Shown: positions 11,570 to 26,362, counted from the first letter of the stretch. The stretch: DNA of 64,000 bases from Schmidtea polychroa (GCA_044892525.1 CM097885.1:7814001-7878000), one strand, 5' to 3'. The notes: generated from the sequence alone by a model not told the origin. Translations and numbers: made by a program.

Positions 11570-12610
11570 TTCAACAACAAACCAACAACTTAGTACCAAC
11601 AACCAGTAACTTATGAACATGTATTAACAATCAGATACCTACAACTAGTTACTAACAACCTGCTACCAAGTACTTACAATCAGTTACCTGCTACCAAATA
11701 CTTTCAACATGATACCACGTACTAAATAACTCTCAAACAACCAGATACTTACAACCAATTACCAGATACCAAGTACCTACAACTAGTTACTAACAACTAG
11801 TTACCTGATACTAAGTACCTACAACCATCTAACAAGTACTAACAACCAAAAACAAGCAACCAACTAGGTACCAAGTACTAACAACCGACAACAACCAGCT
11901 AACAACTAACTACAACCTACCAAGTACCTACAACCACATACTAACAACTAGTTACCAGATACCAACTACTCACAGACGTCAACAACCAGGTACTAAGCAT
12001 TATTAACCAACTACTAAGTACCAACAATAACTAACTACCAACTACTAAGTACCTACAACCACCTACCTATTAACTAGCTACAACCACCTACCAACTAGCT
12101 ACCACCTACCCATTAACTAGTTACAACCAGCTAACTAGGTACTAGATACCAAGTACTAACAACCAGTTACTTGCTACTAAGTACCAACAACCACCTACCA
12201 AGTACATACAACCAACATCAACCAGGTACTAAGCATTAATTACCAACAACTAAGTACCTACAATCACCTACCCATTAACTAGTTACTAAGTACTATCAAC
12301 CAACTAGGTACTAGATACCAAGTACTAACAACCAACAACAACCAGGTACTAATCATTAATTACCAATTACTAAGTACCTACAACCATCTACCAAGTACAT
12401 ACAACCAAGTACTAAGCATTATTAACCAACTACTAAGTACCTACAACCGACTAGCTACCACCTACCAAGTACCACCAACAACGAGATACCTACAACTAGA
12501 TACTAACAACTAGTTACCAGATACCTACTACTCACAGCCGTCAACAACCAGGTACTAAGCATCATCAACCAAGTAATAACAACTAGATACCTAGTACTTA
12601 CAACCAGATG
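11570..12610 (+). repeat. G-poor, C/A-rich degenerate repeat block (ACAACC/TACCAAGTAC motifs), mirrored at ~22795-23835
   Basis: Strong strand asymmetry, recurrent motifs, frequent stop codons and no ORF in the track. Confidence 0.8.
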
Positions 12611-13137
12611 ACCACATGAAATTATTGGTTAAATAAGTAAATTAATGTCTAATTTTTAAATTAAGTAATCAATGGTCTAAAATATTAAAGTTAAAGTTAA
12701 TTTAAGATGAAGATTTTCTGGGATTTCCAATGTTAATTTTAGATGCAAATCTTCGTCAATTAATCAATGACCACATGAAATTATTAGTTAAATATGAAAA
12801 TAAGGGTTATAATTAGTTGTTTAGTAAATTATGGTGTACAATTAAGAAATAAAGAATAATTAGGTAAATTAAGGATAAATTAAGGAAATTAAGGTTCAAA
12901 ATTTAAAATTAATTAACCAATGGTTCAAATTTTAAATTAAAGCTAAATAAGTAAATTAAAGTAAGATTTTTAAATTTATTATCAAAAGATTGAATAACCA
13001 CCAACTTTTTTGAGAAATGTAATTTTTAATGAAAATTTAAATGGAAATTTTTTTTTAAGTTAATTTTAAATGTAAAATTTTTTAAGTTAATTTTTATGGA
13101 ATAATTTTTTAAGTAATTTTTAATGGAAATTTTAATG

Positions 13138-13183
<46 letters not shown>

Positions 13184-13624
13184 TCAACAGTTCCCAACAA
13201 TCGGTTACTAAATATTTTTAACTAGATGCTAACAAATACTTTGAACATGATACCACGTACTAACTAACTCTCAAACAACCAGATACCTACAACTAGTTAC
13301 TAACAACCAACTAAGTATTCTTTATTGTATTTTATGAAATGCTTTTAAATTAATTTTTTATCTGTCTTTAAAAATATGTTTAATTACAATCAATAGAAAA
13401 CCTTTTCAAAATATCTAAATTTAACAAACATGTTGACTTTCATCAAAAAACCACAACTCAATCACTTTAAAACACCACGTGAAATTCAAAATAATTTAAA
13501 TTACAATGAAATACTAATGAATTATAATTTACAAAAACATCTTCTTTTAAATGATAACTACTGACTTATTATTGCAAAGTAAAAATCACATTCAATAAAT
13601 ACTTATTGTTGATCAGTTTTATTA

Positions 13625-16600
13625 TATATACTCTGAGTTTATCCGACAGGATGTTTTGACCCCCTAAGGGTACTGGTCGTAAGGGTACTGGTCGTAAGGG
13701 TATTAGTCGTAAAGGTACTGGTCGTAAGGCTATTGGTAACACTCAACCACCACCTACTCATTAATTAACTACCATGTACTAACAACCAGGTCTCAAACAA
13801 CTAAATACTAAACACTTACAACCCACAACAACCAGCTACTAAGCATTATCAACCTACAACTATATAACAACACTGTACCAGCTACCAAATACAAGATACC
13901 AAGTACCAACAATCAACTAACCACACATAAAAATAATAGCAATTAAATACAAAATATTCTTCATCACATACACTATCTTCTTATCAAAATCTAAAAAGTC
14001 AATCAGATACCAACTACCAACTACCAAGTACTAACAACCAACTACCTACAACCAACAACTATGTACTAACAAATTGATCTTTAAAAGAAAAATACTCATC
14101 ACTTGAAAAATTAGATGGAAAATTAATTGAACTCAAGACATCAATAACTTGGTAAAAATTGATTAAATAATTGCAAAAATTTAAATTTACTCAAAATAAA
14201 TATCATAAAAATTTAATTAATAGACAAGAAAGAATTCTATTCATTAATCATCCAGTAAATAAAAAAATACTGATCATTCAAGTTGAATCGACTAAGATAA
14301 TAAATTAATAAGATAAGATTTAGTAGATAATTGATTTAGATTGAATGAATTAATTGAAATAAAATTAATTTTAATTATTTTTTTTAAAAATAATACATGT
14401 ACTCAAATTGATTGACTGAATGCTCAAAATATTCAAAAATCAGTATAAATTCATTAAAATTATCAATGTCATCAATCTACAATAAAAATAATTATCATTA
14501 AATTCCAAAAGAGACTAGAAAACTAACAAACCAGAAAATTCATTCAAATGACAATAATTGGTATATTCAAGCGAATTCTCTAATAAAATCATCTAAAAAG
14601 AATCATTTCGCCTGAAATATCTCTATTTTTAAAGATTAGTATCTTATCGATAAGTACTTGTTAAATATCATATATTCACCTCAAACTAACAAGATTCCTT
14701 AAAATCCCTTAAATGACTATATTTCTACCCTTAATCAATATTATTACAAATAATTCAATAAAATCATCTAAAAAGCATCAAATTTCCCCAAAAATAACTC
14801 TATCTTTAAAGATTAGTATTTTATCGATAAATATCCTTAAAAGGTTATATATTTACCTCAGACTAATAAGATTCCTTAAAATCCCCTTTAAATGACTATA
14901 ATTCTAACTTTAATTCGTATTATCACAAATATTTCCCTATAAAACAGGTAAAATCATTAACTCTAAATAATTTATAAAATCTAATGATAAAACCGGTTAT
15001 AATAAAATTTTTGTTAATCACTGTACTCGAAATTTAAAATAAATATTGCTTGAAATTTGACTGTACAATATAACTGAGTAGTTGCATAGAAAGATTAAAT
15101 TTATCCATATTTCTTCAAATGATCATTTTTACCGATATCCAACCGATTTAATTACTAATTAAAATCACCCGATAGATTTCTCCCAATAAAGATCAATTTT
15201 CTTTAGTCGACGTTTTAAATCAATATTTCCAACTTTTGTCGTTGTCCGTCTAAATAAAGATAAAAAATAATTTAAAGTTGATATCAATCCCAATTATCTG
15301 TAAAGTTTTCATTGTCAAAACCAAGTAAATAGATTATCCCTACTTAATAAAACATTGTTCTAAAACATAAATCTAAATTAATTTACTGTGCATTAATCAC
15401 AACCTAATAAAACAATATAATTATTATTGATTCATAACTAATGTATTGCAATTTCCCTTAAAACATTGATATTTTGCCAACATCACCATTAAAAAAATCA
15501 TATATTCCCATCTTAACCCATCCTTAATTAAATTTAACCAACTATATCCCCTCAAAAGATCATATTTTCCCACCTTATTCGATCCCTCATTAAATCTAAC
15601 CGACAATATCCCATCTTAACCGATCTCTCACCAAATATTTCTACCCTTTTAAACATCTAACCAAATATATCCTTCAATTCTACCCACTTGAATCCTCCTT
15701 TAATTCAATTCAGTCTTAAAATCCTTAGAGAGAATTCTTCAAAAAATATGACTTTTAATTAACTGTTAAAGACACCAGACATTCTTCTATTGAAATAATT
15801 TAGTAGCTAAATAATAAGAGCCCACTAAAAGGTCAAAATTCACTAAAATTTTCTACAAATATTCACCATCAAATACCTAACTGGAGATGATACATATATT
15901 AATTGATGATAATTCTTCAGCTATTCAACCAATCATTTTCAAGCAGTAACAGCAAACTAAATTTCTGTATATCCTACAATAATTATCAAGTAAATTTAAA
16001 GTCCTTGATAAGGTTAACTGTTTCTTAGCTTATGTTTTTTAAAGTTCATCAAAGTGTAAATATTCTTAGAAAAATATTGAAAAATTATTTATTCAAATAC
16101 ATTACAAAGTTATCATCAAAAATCACTTAATTATTAACCTAATTGTCAATGAAATTAATTTTTATTTAAAAACTATTCAATAAAATACAACTAATTATCA
16201 AGAAATTAATTAAATTTATCAATTAAATTTATCAGTCAACATGAAATTCTTAGAAAATTATTCAATATCCACATAAAAATTTATCCACTTGATTATTGTA
16301 AAAACTCTAATTATTAACATTGAAAATAAATTTTATTTAACATTAAAAAACCAATCAATAAAAATACATTCAATTATCAAGAAATTAATTAAATTTACCT
16401 TAGAATTAGCATTAAATTACAGAAATTCACAAAAATAATGGAAATTCACAAAAATGATAAAAATTCACAAAAATAATAGAAATTCATGAAAATGATAGAT
16501 ATCCACGAAAAATTACGGAAATTCATGAAAATATTAGAAATTCACAAAAAATGATGGAAATTCATGAAAATGATAGAAATTTACTTGAATAAAACCATCA

Positions 16601-16776
16601 ACTCTAAAAATTATCAATGCCTTAAACAACAAATTTGTCTAAATAATCATTCAAATAAAAGCATTAAATACCTTTACGACTAATACACTTACGACATGTT
16701 GAATGTGAGTAGTACCCTTTGTGAGCAATACCCATAGGGGGACAGAATATTTTGTCGGATAAACTCAGAGTATATA
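13625..16776. mobile_element. Possible nested TA-flanked TIR element (ends TATATACTCTGAGTTTATCCGACA... / ...TGTCGGATAAACTCAGAGTATATA); mirror copy 18632-21783
   Basis: Two copies of the same ~45-bp motif plus 15-30-bp subrepeats face each other as inverted repeats, bounded by TATATA. Confidence 0.5.
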
Positions 16777-19700
16777 TTAATTAACTCATTCAAATTTATC
16801 ATTGAATCAGTAAAATTATCATAAATTTCGATAAAAATTCTAATGTGGTAAGCAATGAAAAGAGAAATATTCTTTAAACTTAGATAAAACTAACAATGAA
16901 GGTGGTAAGAATCATTAAAGTGAGAAAATTATTCATTACTCGATGATAAATTCAAATGGATGAAAATAATTGGTAGAATAATTTATTAATGGGCATAGAT
17001 AAGAAAAAAGGTTGATAAGAATGGAAATATATTAATTGAATTTATTTAAAATTATTTCATAAAATTCATAAAAAAAACTTTTAAAAGAAATATTTGTGGA
17101 GATGTTTTAGGTGAAAATTAATCAAAATCGGCGGAATATAATTGATTAAATATCGAGGATGGGGGTTATAATTAATGGAAAATCAATGGGATACAAATGA
17201 TTAAATAGTGGAAAATCCGGGAATATAAGTGATTAATTAATGGAATATTGAGAATCGGAGGAATATCAATGAGAAGGATATATAATTTAAACTAGTTTAT
17301 TACATAACAAGCCGCGACTAGTTTATTACATAACAAGCCGTGAATGATAATTTATTGAGAATTATTGATTAGATCTTTTTTTTTTAATTTTTGACTAAAA
17401 TAAATTCTAAAATAATAGCAAATTATTACTAAAATGTTTTAATTTGAATTATGTATTTCATAAACAATTATCATAAAAGAAAATAATATATATATTACCC
17501 TTTTCATTCAAAATAAGTTAAATATTCAAATATAAGTCTTAGAAAATACAATCAAAATTAAATTTTAAAAATATAAATTTTATAAGTTTTTCAAATTCTC
17601 GAATAAAGTAAATAAGAAATTAATCTATTACCAGTTACATACTTTTAAACTTATTGATGGAATAAAACATTAAAAATAAAAAGTGTTTTTTTGTATAAGT
17701 ACTTGTAATAATAGCTATATATTATTAAATTTACTATTCTACACTAAATATTTCGAAAACAAATATCATAATATGAATTATATTACTCCTTTCAATCAAA
17801 GTAAATTAAATGTATCATTCAAATACAATTAAAATTAAATCATCAATTTAATACTTTAATTTAAAAATAAAAATTTTATAAGTAAATGTAAATAAGTGTA
17901 TTAACAGTTCTAAACTTTTTAAACTTATTGATTAGGCAGTAGAAGCTAACTTTTTTTTCAAAAAGTCCTTTAACATTGTATTCTATTTATTATCAAATTA
18001 ACTATTTTACACTAAAATATTTCAATTTAGAAAAAAAAAATCATCATAATATTGAATGTGATACTTCAATCAAAATAAGTTAATACTCAAATATATGTCT
18101 TATAAAGTACAATCAAAATTAAATACTTCACTTCTCATTGATATTCCTCCGATTCTCAATATTCCATTAATTAATCACTTATATTCCCGGATTTTCCACT
18201 ATTTAATCATTTGTATCCCATTGATTTTCCATTAATTATAACCCCCATCCTCGATATTTAATCAATTATATTCCGCCGATTTTGATTAATTTTCACCTAA
18301 AACATCTCCACAAATATTTCTTTTAAAAGTTTTTTTTTATGAATTTTATGAAATAATTTTAAATAAATTCAATTAATATATTTCCATTCTTATCAACCTT
18401 TTTTCTTATCTATGCCCATTAATAAATTATTCTACCAATTATTTTCATCCATTTGAATTCATCATCGAGTAATGAATAATTTTCTCACTTTAATGATTCT
18501 TACCACCTTCATTGTTAGTTTTATCTAAGTTTAAAGAATATTTCTCTTTTCATTGCTTACCACATTAGAATTTTTATCGAAATTTATGATAATTTTACTG
18601 ATTCAATGATAAATTTGAATGAGTTAATTAATATATACTCTGAGTTTATCCGAAAAAATATTCTGTCCCCCTATGGGTATTGCTCACAAGGGTACTACTC
18701 ACATTCAACATGTCGTAAGTGTATTAGTCGTAAAGGTATTTAATGCTTTTATTTGAATGATTATTTAGACAAATTTGTTGTTTAAGGCATTGATAATTTT
18801 TAGAGTTGATGGTTTTATTCAAGTAAATTTCTATCATTTTCATGAATTTCCATCATTTTTTGTGAATTTCTAATATTTTCATGAATTTCCGTAATTTTTC
18901 GTGGATATCTATCATTTTCATGAATTTCTATTATTTTTGTGAATTTTTATCATTTTTGTGAATTTCCATTATTTTTGTGAATTTCTGTAATTTAATGCTA
19001 ATTCTAAGGTAAATTTAATTAATTTCTTGATAATTGAATGTATTTTTATTGATTGGTTTTTTAATGTTAAATAAAATTTATTTTCAATGTTAATAATTAG
19101 AGTTTTTACAATAATCAAGTGGATAAATTTTTATGTGGATATTGAATAATTTTCTAAGAATTTCATGTTGACTGATAAATTTAATTGATAAATTTAATTA
19201 ATTTCTTGATAATTAGTTGTATTTTATTGAATAGTTTTTAAATAAAAATTAATTTCATTGACAATTAGGTTAATAATTAAGTGATTTTTGATGATAACTT
19301 TGTAATGTATTTGAATAAATAATTTTTCAATATTTTTCTAAGAATATTTACACTTTGATGAACTTTAAAAAACATAAGCTAAGAAACAGTTAACCTTATC
19401 AAGGACTTTAAATTTACTTGATAATTATTGTAGGATATACAGAAATTTAGTTTGCTGTTACTGCTTGAAAATGATTGGTTGAATAGCTGAAGAATTATCA
19501 TCAATTAATATATGTATCATCTCCAGTTAGGTATTTGATGGTGAATATTTGTAGAAAATTTTAGTGAATTTTGACCTTTTAGTGGGCTCTTATTATTTAG
19601 CTACTAAATTATTTCAATAGAAGAATGTCTGGTGTCTTTAACAGTTAATTAAAAGTCATATTTTTTGAAGAATTCTCTCTAAGGATTTTAAGACTGAATT

Positions 19701-22223
19701 GAATTAAAGGAGGATTCAAGTGGGTAGAATTGAAGGATATATTTGGTTAGATGTTTAAAAGGGTAGAAATATTTGGTGAGAGATCGGTTAAGATGGGATA
19801 TTGTCGGTTAGATTTAATGAGGGATCGAATAAGGTGGGAAAATATGATCTTTTGAGGGGATATAGTTGGTTAAATTTAATTAAGGATGGGTTAAGATGGG
19901 AATATATGATTTTTTTAATGGTGATGTTGGCAAAATATCAATGTTTTAAGGGAAATTGCAATACATTAGTTATGAATCAATAATAATTATATTGTTTTAT
20001 TAGGTTGTGATTAATGCACAGTAAATTAATTTAGATTTATGTTTTAGAACAATGTTTTATTAAGTAGGGATAATCTATTTACTTGGTTTTGACAATGAAA
20101 ACTTTACAGATAATTGGGATTGATATCAACTTTAAATTATTTTTTATCTTTATTTAGACGGACAACGACAAAAGTTGGAAATATTGATTTAAAACGTCGA
20201 CTAAAGAAAATTGATCTTTATTGGGAGAAATCTATCGGGTGATTTTAATTAGTAATTAAATCGGTTGGATATCGGTAAAAATGATCATTTGAAGAAATAT
20301 GGATAAATTTAATCTTTCTATGCAACTACTCAGTTATATTGTACAGTCAAATTTCAAGCAATATTTATTTTAAATTTCGAGTACAGTGATTAACAAAAAT
20401 TTTATTATAACCGGTTTTATCATTAGATTTTATAAATTATTTAGAGTTAATGATTTTACCTGTTTTATAGGGAAATATTTGTGATAATACGAATTAAAGT
20501 TAGAATTATAGTCATTTAAAGGGGATTTTAAGGAATCTTATTAGTCTGAGGTAAATATATAACCTTTTAAGGATATTTATCGATAAAATACTAATCTTTA
20601 AAGATAGAGTTATTTTTGGGGAAATTTGATGCTTTTTAGATGATTTTATTGAATTATTTGTAATAATATTGATTAAGGGTAGAAATATAGTCATTTAAGG
20701 GATTTTAAGGAATCTTGTTAGTTTGAGGTGAATATATGATATTTAACAAGTACTTATCGATAAGATACTAATCTTTAAAAATAGAGATATTTCAGGCGAA
20801 ATGATTCTTTTTAGATGATTTTATTAGAGAATTCGCTTGAATATACCAATTATTGTCATTTGAATGAATTTTCTGGTTTGTTAGTTTTCTAGTCTCTTTT
20901 GGAATTTAATGATAATTATTTTTATTGTAGATTGATGACATTGATAATTTTAATGAATTTATACTGATTTTTGAATATTTTGAGCATTCAGTCAATCAAT
21001 TTGAGTACATGTATTATTTTTAAAAAAAATAATTAAAATTAATTTTATTTCAATTAATTCATTCAATCTAAATCAATTATCTACTAAATCTTATCTTATT
21101 AATTTATTATCTTAGTCGATTCAACTTGAATGATCAGTATTTTTTTATTTACTGGATGATTAATGAATAGAATTCTTTCTTGTCTATTAATTAAATTTTT
21201 ATGATATTTATTTTGAGTAAATTTAAATTTTTGCAATTATTTAATCAATTTTTACCAAGTTATTGATGTCTTGAGTTCAATTAATTTTCCATCTAATTTT
21301 TCAAGTGATGAGTATTTTTCTTTTAAAGATCAATTTGTTAGTACATAGTTGTTGGTTGTAGGTAGTTGGTTGTTAGTACTTGGTAGTTGGTAGTTGGTAT
21401 CTGATTGACTTTTTAGATTTTGATAAGAAGATAGTGTATGTGATGAAGAATATTTTGTATTTAATTGCTATTATTTTTATGTGTGGTTAGTTGATTGTTG
21501 GTACTTGGTATCTTGTATTTGGTAGCTGGTACAGTGTTGTTATATAGTTGTAGGTTGATAATGCTTAGTAGCTGGTTGTTGTGGGTTGTAAGTGTTTAGT
21601 ATTTAGTTGTTTGAGACCTGGTTGTTAGTACATGGTAGTTAATTAATGAGTAGGTGGTGGTTGAGTGTTACCAATAGCCTTACGACCAGTACCTTTACGA
21701 CTAATACCCTTACGACCAGTACCCTTACGACCAGTACCCTTAGGGGGTCAAAACATCCTGTCGGATAAACTCAGAGTATATATAATAAAACTGATCAACA
21801 ATAAGTATTTATTGAATGTGATTTTTACTTTGCAATAATAAGTCAGTAGTTATCATTTAAAAGAAGATGTTTTTGTAAATTATAATTCATTAGTATTTCA
21901 TTGTAATTTAAATTATTTTGAATTTCACGTGGTGTTTTAAAGTGATTGAGTTGTGGTTTTTTGATGAAAGTCAACATGTTTGTTAAATTTAGATATTTTG
22001 AAAAGGTTTTCTATTGATTGTAATTAAACATATTTTTAAAGACAGATAAAAAATTAATTTAAAAGCATTTCATAAAATACAATAAAGAATACTTAGTTGG
22101 TTGTTAGTAACTAGTTGTAGGTATCTGGTTGTTTGAGAGTTAGTTAGTACGTGGTATCATGTTCAAAGTATTTGTTAGCATCTAGTTAAAAATATTTAGT
22201 AACCGATTGTTGGGAACTGTTGA

Positions 22224-22266
<43 letters not shown>

Positions 22267-25200
22267 CATTAAAATTTCCATTAAAAATTACTTAAAAAAT
22301 TATTCCATAAAAATTAACTTAAAAAATTTTACATTTAAAATTAACTTAAAAAAAAATTTCCATTTAAATTTTCATTAAAAATTACATTTCTCAAAAAAGT
22401 TGGTGGTTATTCAATCTTTTGATAATAAATTTAAAAATCTTACTTTAATTTACTTATTTAGCTTTAATTTAAAATTTGAACCATTGGTTAATTAATTTTA
22501 AATTTTGAACCTTAATTTCCTTAATTTATCCTTAATTTACCTAATTATTCTTTATTTCTTAATTGTACACCATAATTTACTAAACAACTAATTATAACCC
22601 TTATTTTCATATTTAACTAATAATTTCATGTGGTCATTGATTAATTGACGAAGATTTGCATCTAAAATTAACATTGGAAATCCCAGAAAATCTTCATCTT
22701 AAATTAACTTTAACTTTAATATTTTAGACCATTGATTACTTAATTTAAAAATTAGACATTAATTTACTTATTTAACCAATAATTTCATGTGGTCATCTGG
22801 TTGTAAGTACTAGGTATCTAGTTGTTATTACTTGGTTGATGATGCTTAGTACCTGGTTGTTGACGGCTGTGAGTAGTAGGTATCTGGTAACTAGTTGTTA
22901 GTATCTAGTTGTAGGTATCTCGTTGTTGGTGGTACTTGGTAGGTGGTAGCTAGTCGGTTGTAGGTACTTAGTAGTTGGTTAATAATGCTTAGTACTTGGT
23001 TGTATGTACTTGGTAGATGGTTGTAGGTACTTAGTAATTGGTAATTAATGATTAGTACCTGGTTGTTGTTGGTTGTTAGTACTTGGTATCTAGTACCTAG
23101 TTGGTTGATAGTACTTAGTAACTAGTTAATGGGTAGGTGATTGTAGGTACTTAGTTGTTGGTAATTAATGCTTAGTACCTGGTTGATGTTGGTTGTATGT
23201 ACTTGGTAGGTGGTTGTTGGTACTTAGTAGCAGGTAACTGGTTGTTAGTACTTGGTATCTAGTACCTAGTTAGCTGGTTGTAACTAGTTAATGGGTAGGT
23301 GGTAGCTAGTTGGTAGGTGGTTGTAGCTAGTTAATAGGTAGGTGGTTGTAGGTACTTAGTAGTTGGTAGTTAGTTATTGTTGGTACTTAGTAGTTGGTTA
23401 ATAATGCTTAGTACCTGGTTGTTGACGTCTGTGAGTAGTTGGTATCTGGTAACTAGTTGTTAGTATGTGGTTGTAGGTACTTGGTAGGTTGTAGTTAGTT
23501 GTTAGCTGGTTGTTGTCGGTTGTTAGTACTTGGTACCTAGTTGGTTGCTTGTTTTTGGTTGTTAGTACTTGTTAGATGGTTGTAGGTACTTAGTATCAGG
23601 TAACTAGTTGTTAGTAACTAGTTGTAGGTACTTGGTATCTGGTAATTGGTTGTAAGTATCTGGTTGTTTGAGAGTTATTTAGTACGTGGTATCATGTTGA
23701 AAGTATTTGGTAGCAGGTAACTGATTGTAAGTACTTGGTAGCAGGTTGTTAGTAACTAGTTGTAGGTATCTGATTGTTAATACATGTTCATAAGTTACTG
23801 GTTGTTGGTACTAAGTTGTTGGTTTGTTGTTGAATTATTATTAAAATTTGTCTTTGAAAAATATTTCATAGAAATTTTCATTAAAAATTATCTTAAAAAT
23901 TTCCATCTAAAATTATCATTGAAAAATATTTCATAAAAATTTCCATTAAAAATTAACTTAAAAAATTATTCCATAAAAATTTCTATTAAAAATTACTTAA
24001 AAAATTATTTCATAAAAATTTTCATTAAAAAATTTCAATTCTCAAACACCTTCTATTATTTCAACTTTTTGTTAATAAATTTTAAAATCTTACTTTAATT
24101 TACTTATTACATTACTTATTTAAAAATTATTACTTTAATTTACTTATTTAACTTTAATTTAAAATTTTTGACCATTGATTACTTAATTTTAAAATTTGGA
24201 CCTTAATTAACTTTAATTTAATTTTTTAGAACCTTAATTTAGTTATTTGAGCCCATTCATTACTTTAAATTTAAAATTTGAACCATAATTTACTTTAATT
24301 CAAAAATTTGGACCATTATTTACTTTAATTGAAAAATTTGAACCTTAATTTACTTTAATTTAATTTTTAGAACCATAATTTACTGTAATTCAAAAATTTG
24401 AGCCATAATTTACTGTAATTTAATTTTTTAGGACCATTATTTACTTTAATTTAATTTTTTAGAACCATAATTTACTGTAATTCAAAAATTTGGACCATTA
24501 TTTACTGTAATTTAATTTTTAAGAACCATAATTTACTGTAATTTAATTTTTTAGAACCATAATTTAATGTAATTAAAAAAATTTGGACCATTATTTACTT
24601 TAATTGAAAAATTTGGACCATTATTTACTGTAATTTAATTTTTTAGGACCATTATTTACTTTAATTTAATTTTTTAGAACCATAATTTACTGTAATTCAA
24701 AAATTTGGACCATTATTTACTGTAATTTAATTTTTAAGAACCATAATTTACTGTAATTTTATTTTTTAGAACCATAATTTAATGTAATTGAAAAATTTGG
24801 ACCATTATTTACTTTAATTTAATTTTTAGAACCATAATTTACTTTAATTTTTAGAACCATAATTTACTGTAATTGAAAAAATTTACCACGCTTTTTTAGT
24901 GTAGACCACCTTTTTCTCAGGACCAAGGAGACCCACCTTAATTGAACTAAAAAAATCCATGCTTTTTTATTGATAATCGGATTTTTGTATTGAAAATATC
25001 TTGAGACCTTAAATTGCCACTCTTTTTTTAGTGTAGACCACCTTTTTCTATTGAAAATATCCTGAGACCTTAAATTACCATGCTTTTTTATTGATAGTCG
25101 GATTTTCTATTGAAAAAATTTTATTTGTATTGAAAATCCCCGGACCATCGAGACCCCCTCACTATAGTGTGAAAATTCCATGCTTTTTTAGTGGTAGTCG

Positions 25201-25730
25201 GATTTTTGTATAGAAAAAATTTTATTTGTATTGAAAATCCCAGGACCATCGTTTTTGTATAGAAAAAATTTTTTTGTATTGAAAATTCCAGGACCATCGT
25301 TTTTGTATTGAAAAAATTTTTTGTATTGAAAATCCCAGGACCATCGTTTTTGTATAGAAAAAATTTTTTGTATTGAAAATTCCAGGACCATCGTTTTTGT
25401 ATTGAAAAAATTTTTTTGTATTGAAAATCCCAGGACCATCGAGACCCCCTCACTATAGTCTGAAAAATTGCGTAATCAAAAGTTGCAGCAAAAAAATTAC
25501 GGCAGCAGAACCCCCCCCCCCCGGGGGGGGTCATTGCTGCCGTGCCCTACTATCTACCTACTAATAACATTCCATTATTATCAAATAATAACAATTTTAT
25601 AATGTTCTTTTAAGTTTTAATAGAAAACACGAAAACGCCAGATAAATGAAATATATTTCAAGGAAATTATCTTCATCATCAGTTTGCCATCATAATGTAT
25701 GTCAGCATTTATATATGGAAACAATAATGA

Positions 25731-26362
25731 TGTAATATTTATGATTTAATGATTTAATTAAGAAATTTCAATAAATTTGTTTCCGATTTAATGTTTATTG
25801 CATGGGATTGTAATTTAGTCAATAATAACTTATATAAAGTTCAGAAATTATAATGGGAGTTTAATAAGGTATTCATATGAAAAGTTAATGCGGAAAAGCA
25901 AATTAATTAAAATTAATTAATCTGTAATGGAAAGCCCGAGCGCTGAAGGAAACCCTATGTGCAGTGAGACCCGAGCGATCAGATAAACAAATTAAAATAA
26001 TTTGGAAACCCTCAAATGTTTTCCTAGGATTCCCGGGAAATAATTAATTACCCCCTCATAAATAGTATAAAAACAGAGCTCAGAAACAAAGAGAAGCTCA
26101 GAGAATCAGGCCCTCAGTGATCAGAAAACGAAATATAGTAATTCGAAAAAAGTTTAATCCTCGTACCATAAAAGGTGTTTGCCCCTTGGGTTATCCACCT
26201 TATCGAGTGATAATTATATTGAGCGAAAGGTACAAATATAATGACAAATTGTAATTAGATTGAAATTGAATAAAGCTATTCTGTGTTGGGTTTCTAGTTA
26301 TTTGTTTGAATAACGACACGAGGAGTCGGAGAGAGAACCGACTTAAAAAATAAAACCCAACA
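25731..26362 (+). repeat. Solo-LTR-like segment
   Basis: TGTAAT start, TATAAAA at ~26066, AATAAA at ~26269, 3' hairpin TGTTGGGTTT/AAACCCAACA ending in CA. No TSD found, so the boundaries are uncertain. Confidence 0.35.

Larger units (their letters stand above)
10324..25562. mobile_element. Giant palindromic non-autonomous Polinton-like element (arms 10324-17276 and 18131-25562, spacer 17277-18130)
   Basis: Ends AGTAGGTAGATAGTAG... and ...CTACTATCTACCTACT, flanked by the identical 6-bp AATAAC (10318-10323, 25563-25568). The arms are reverse complements (mirror ORFs 14713/20694 and 15424/19983 share coordinate sum 35407). No credible ORF. Confidence 0.9.

Noticed and set aside
14713..20694. 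Paired 60-aa ORFs in the palindrome arms, and 25121-25534
   Set aside because: Chance ORFs duplicated by the inverted repeat or generated by tandem repeats; no recognisable domains.
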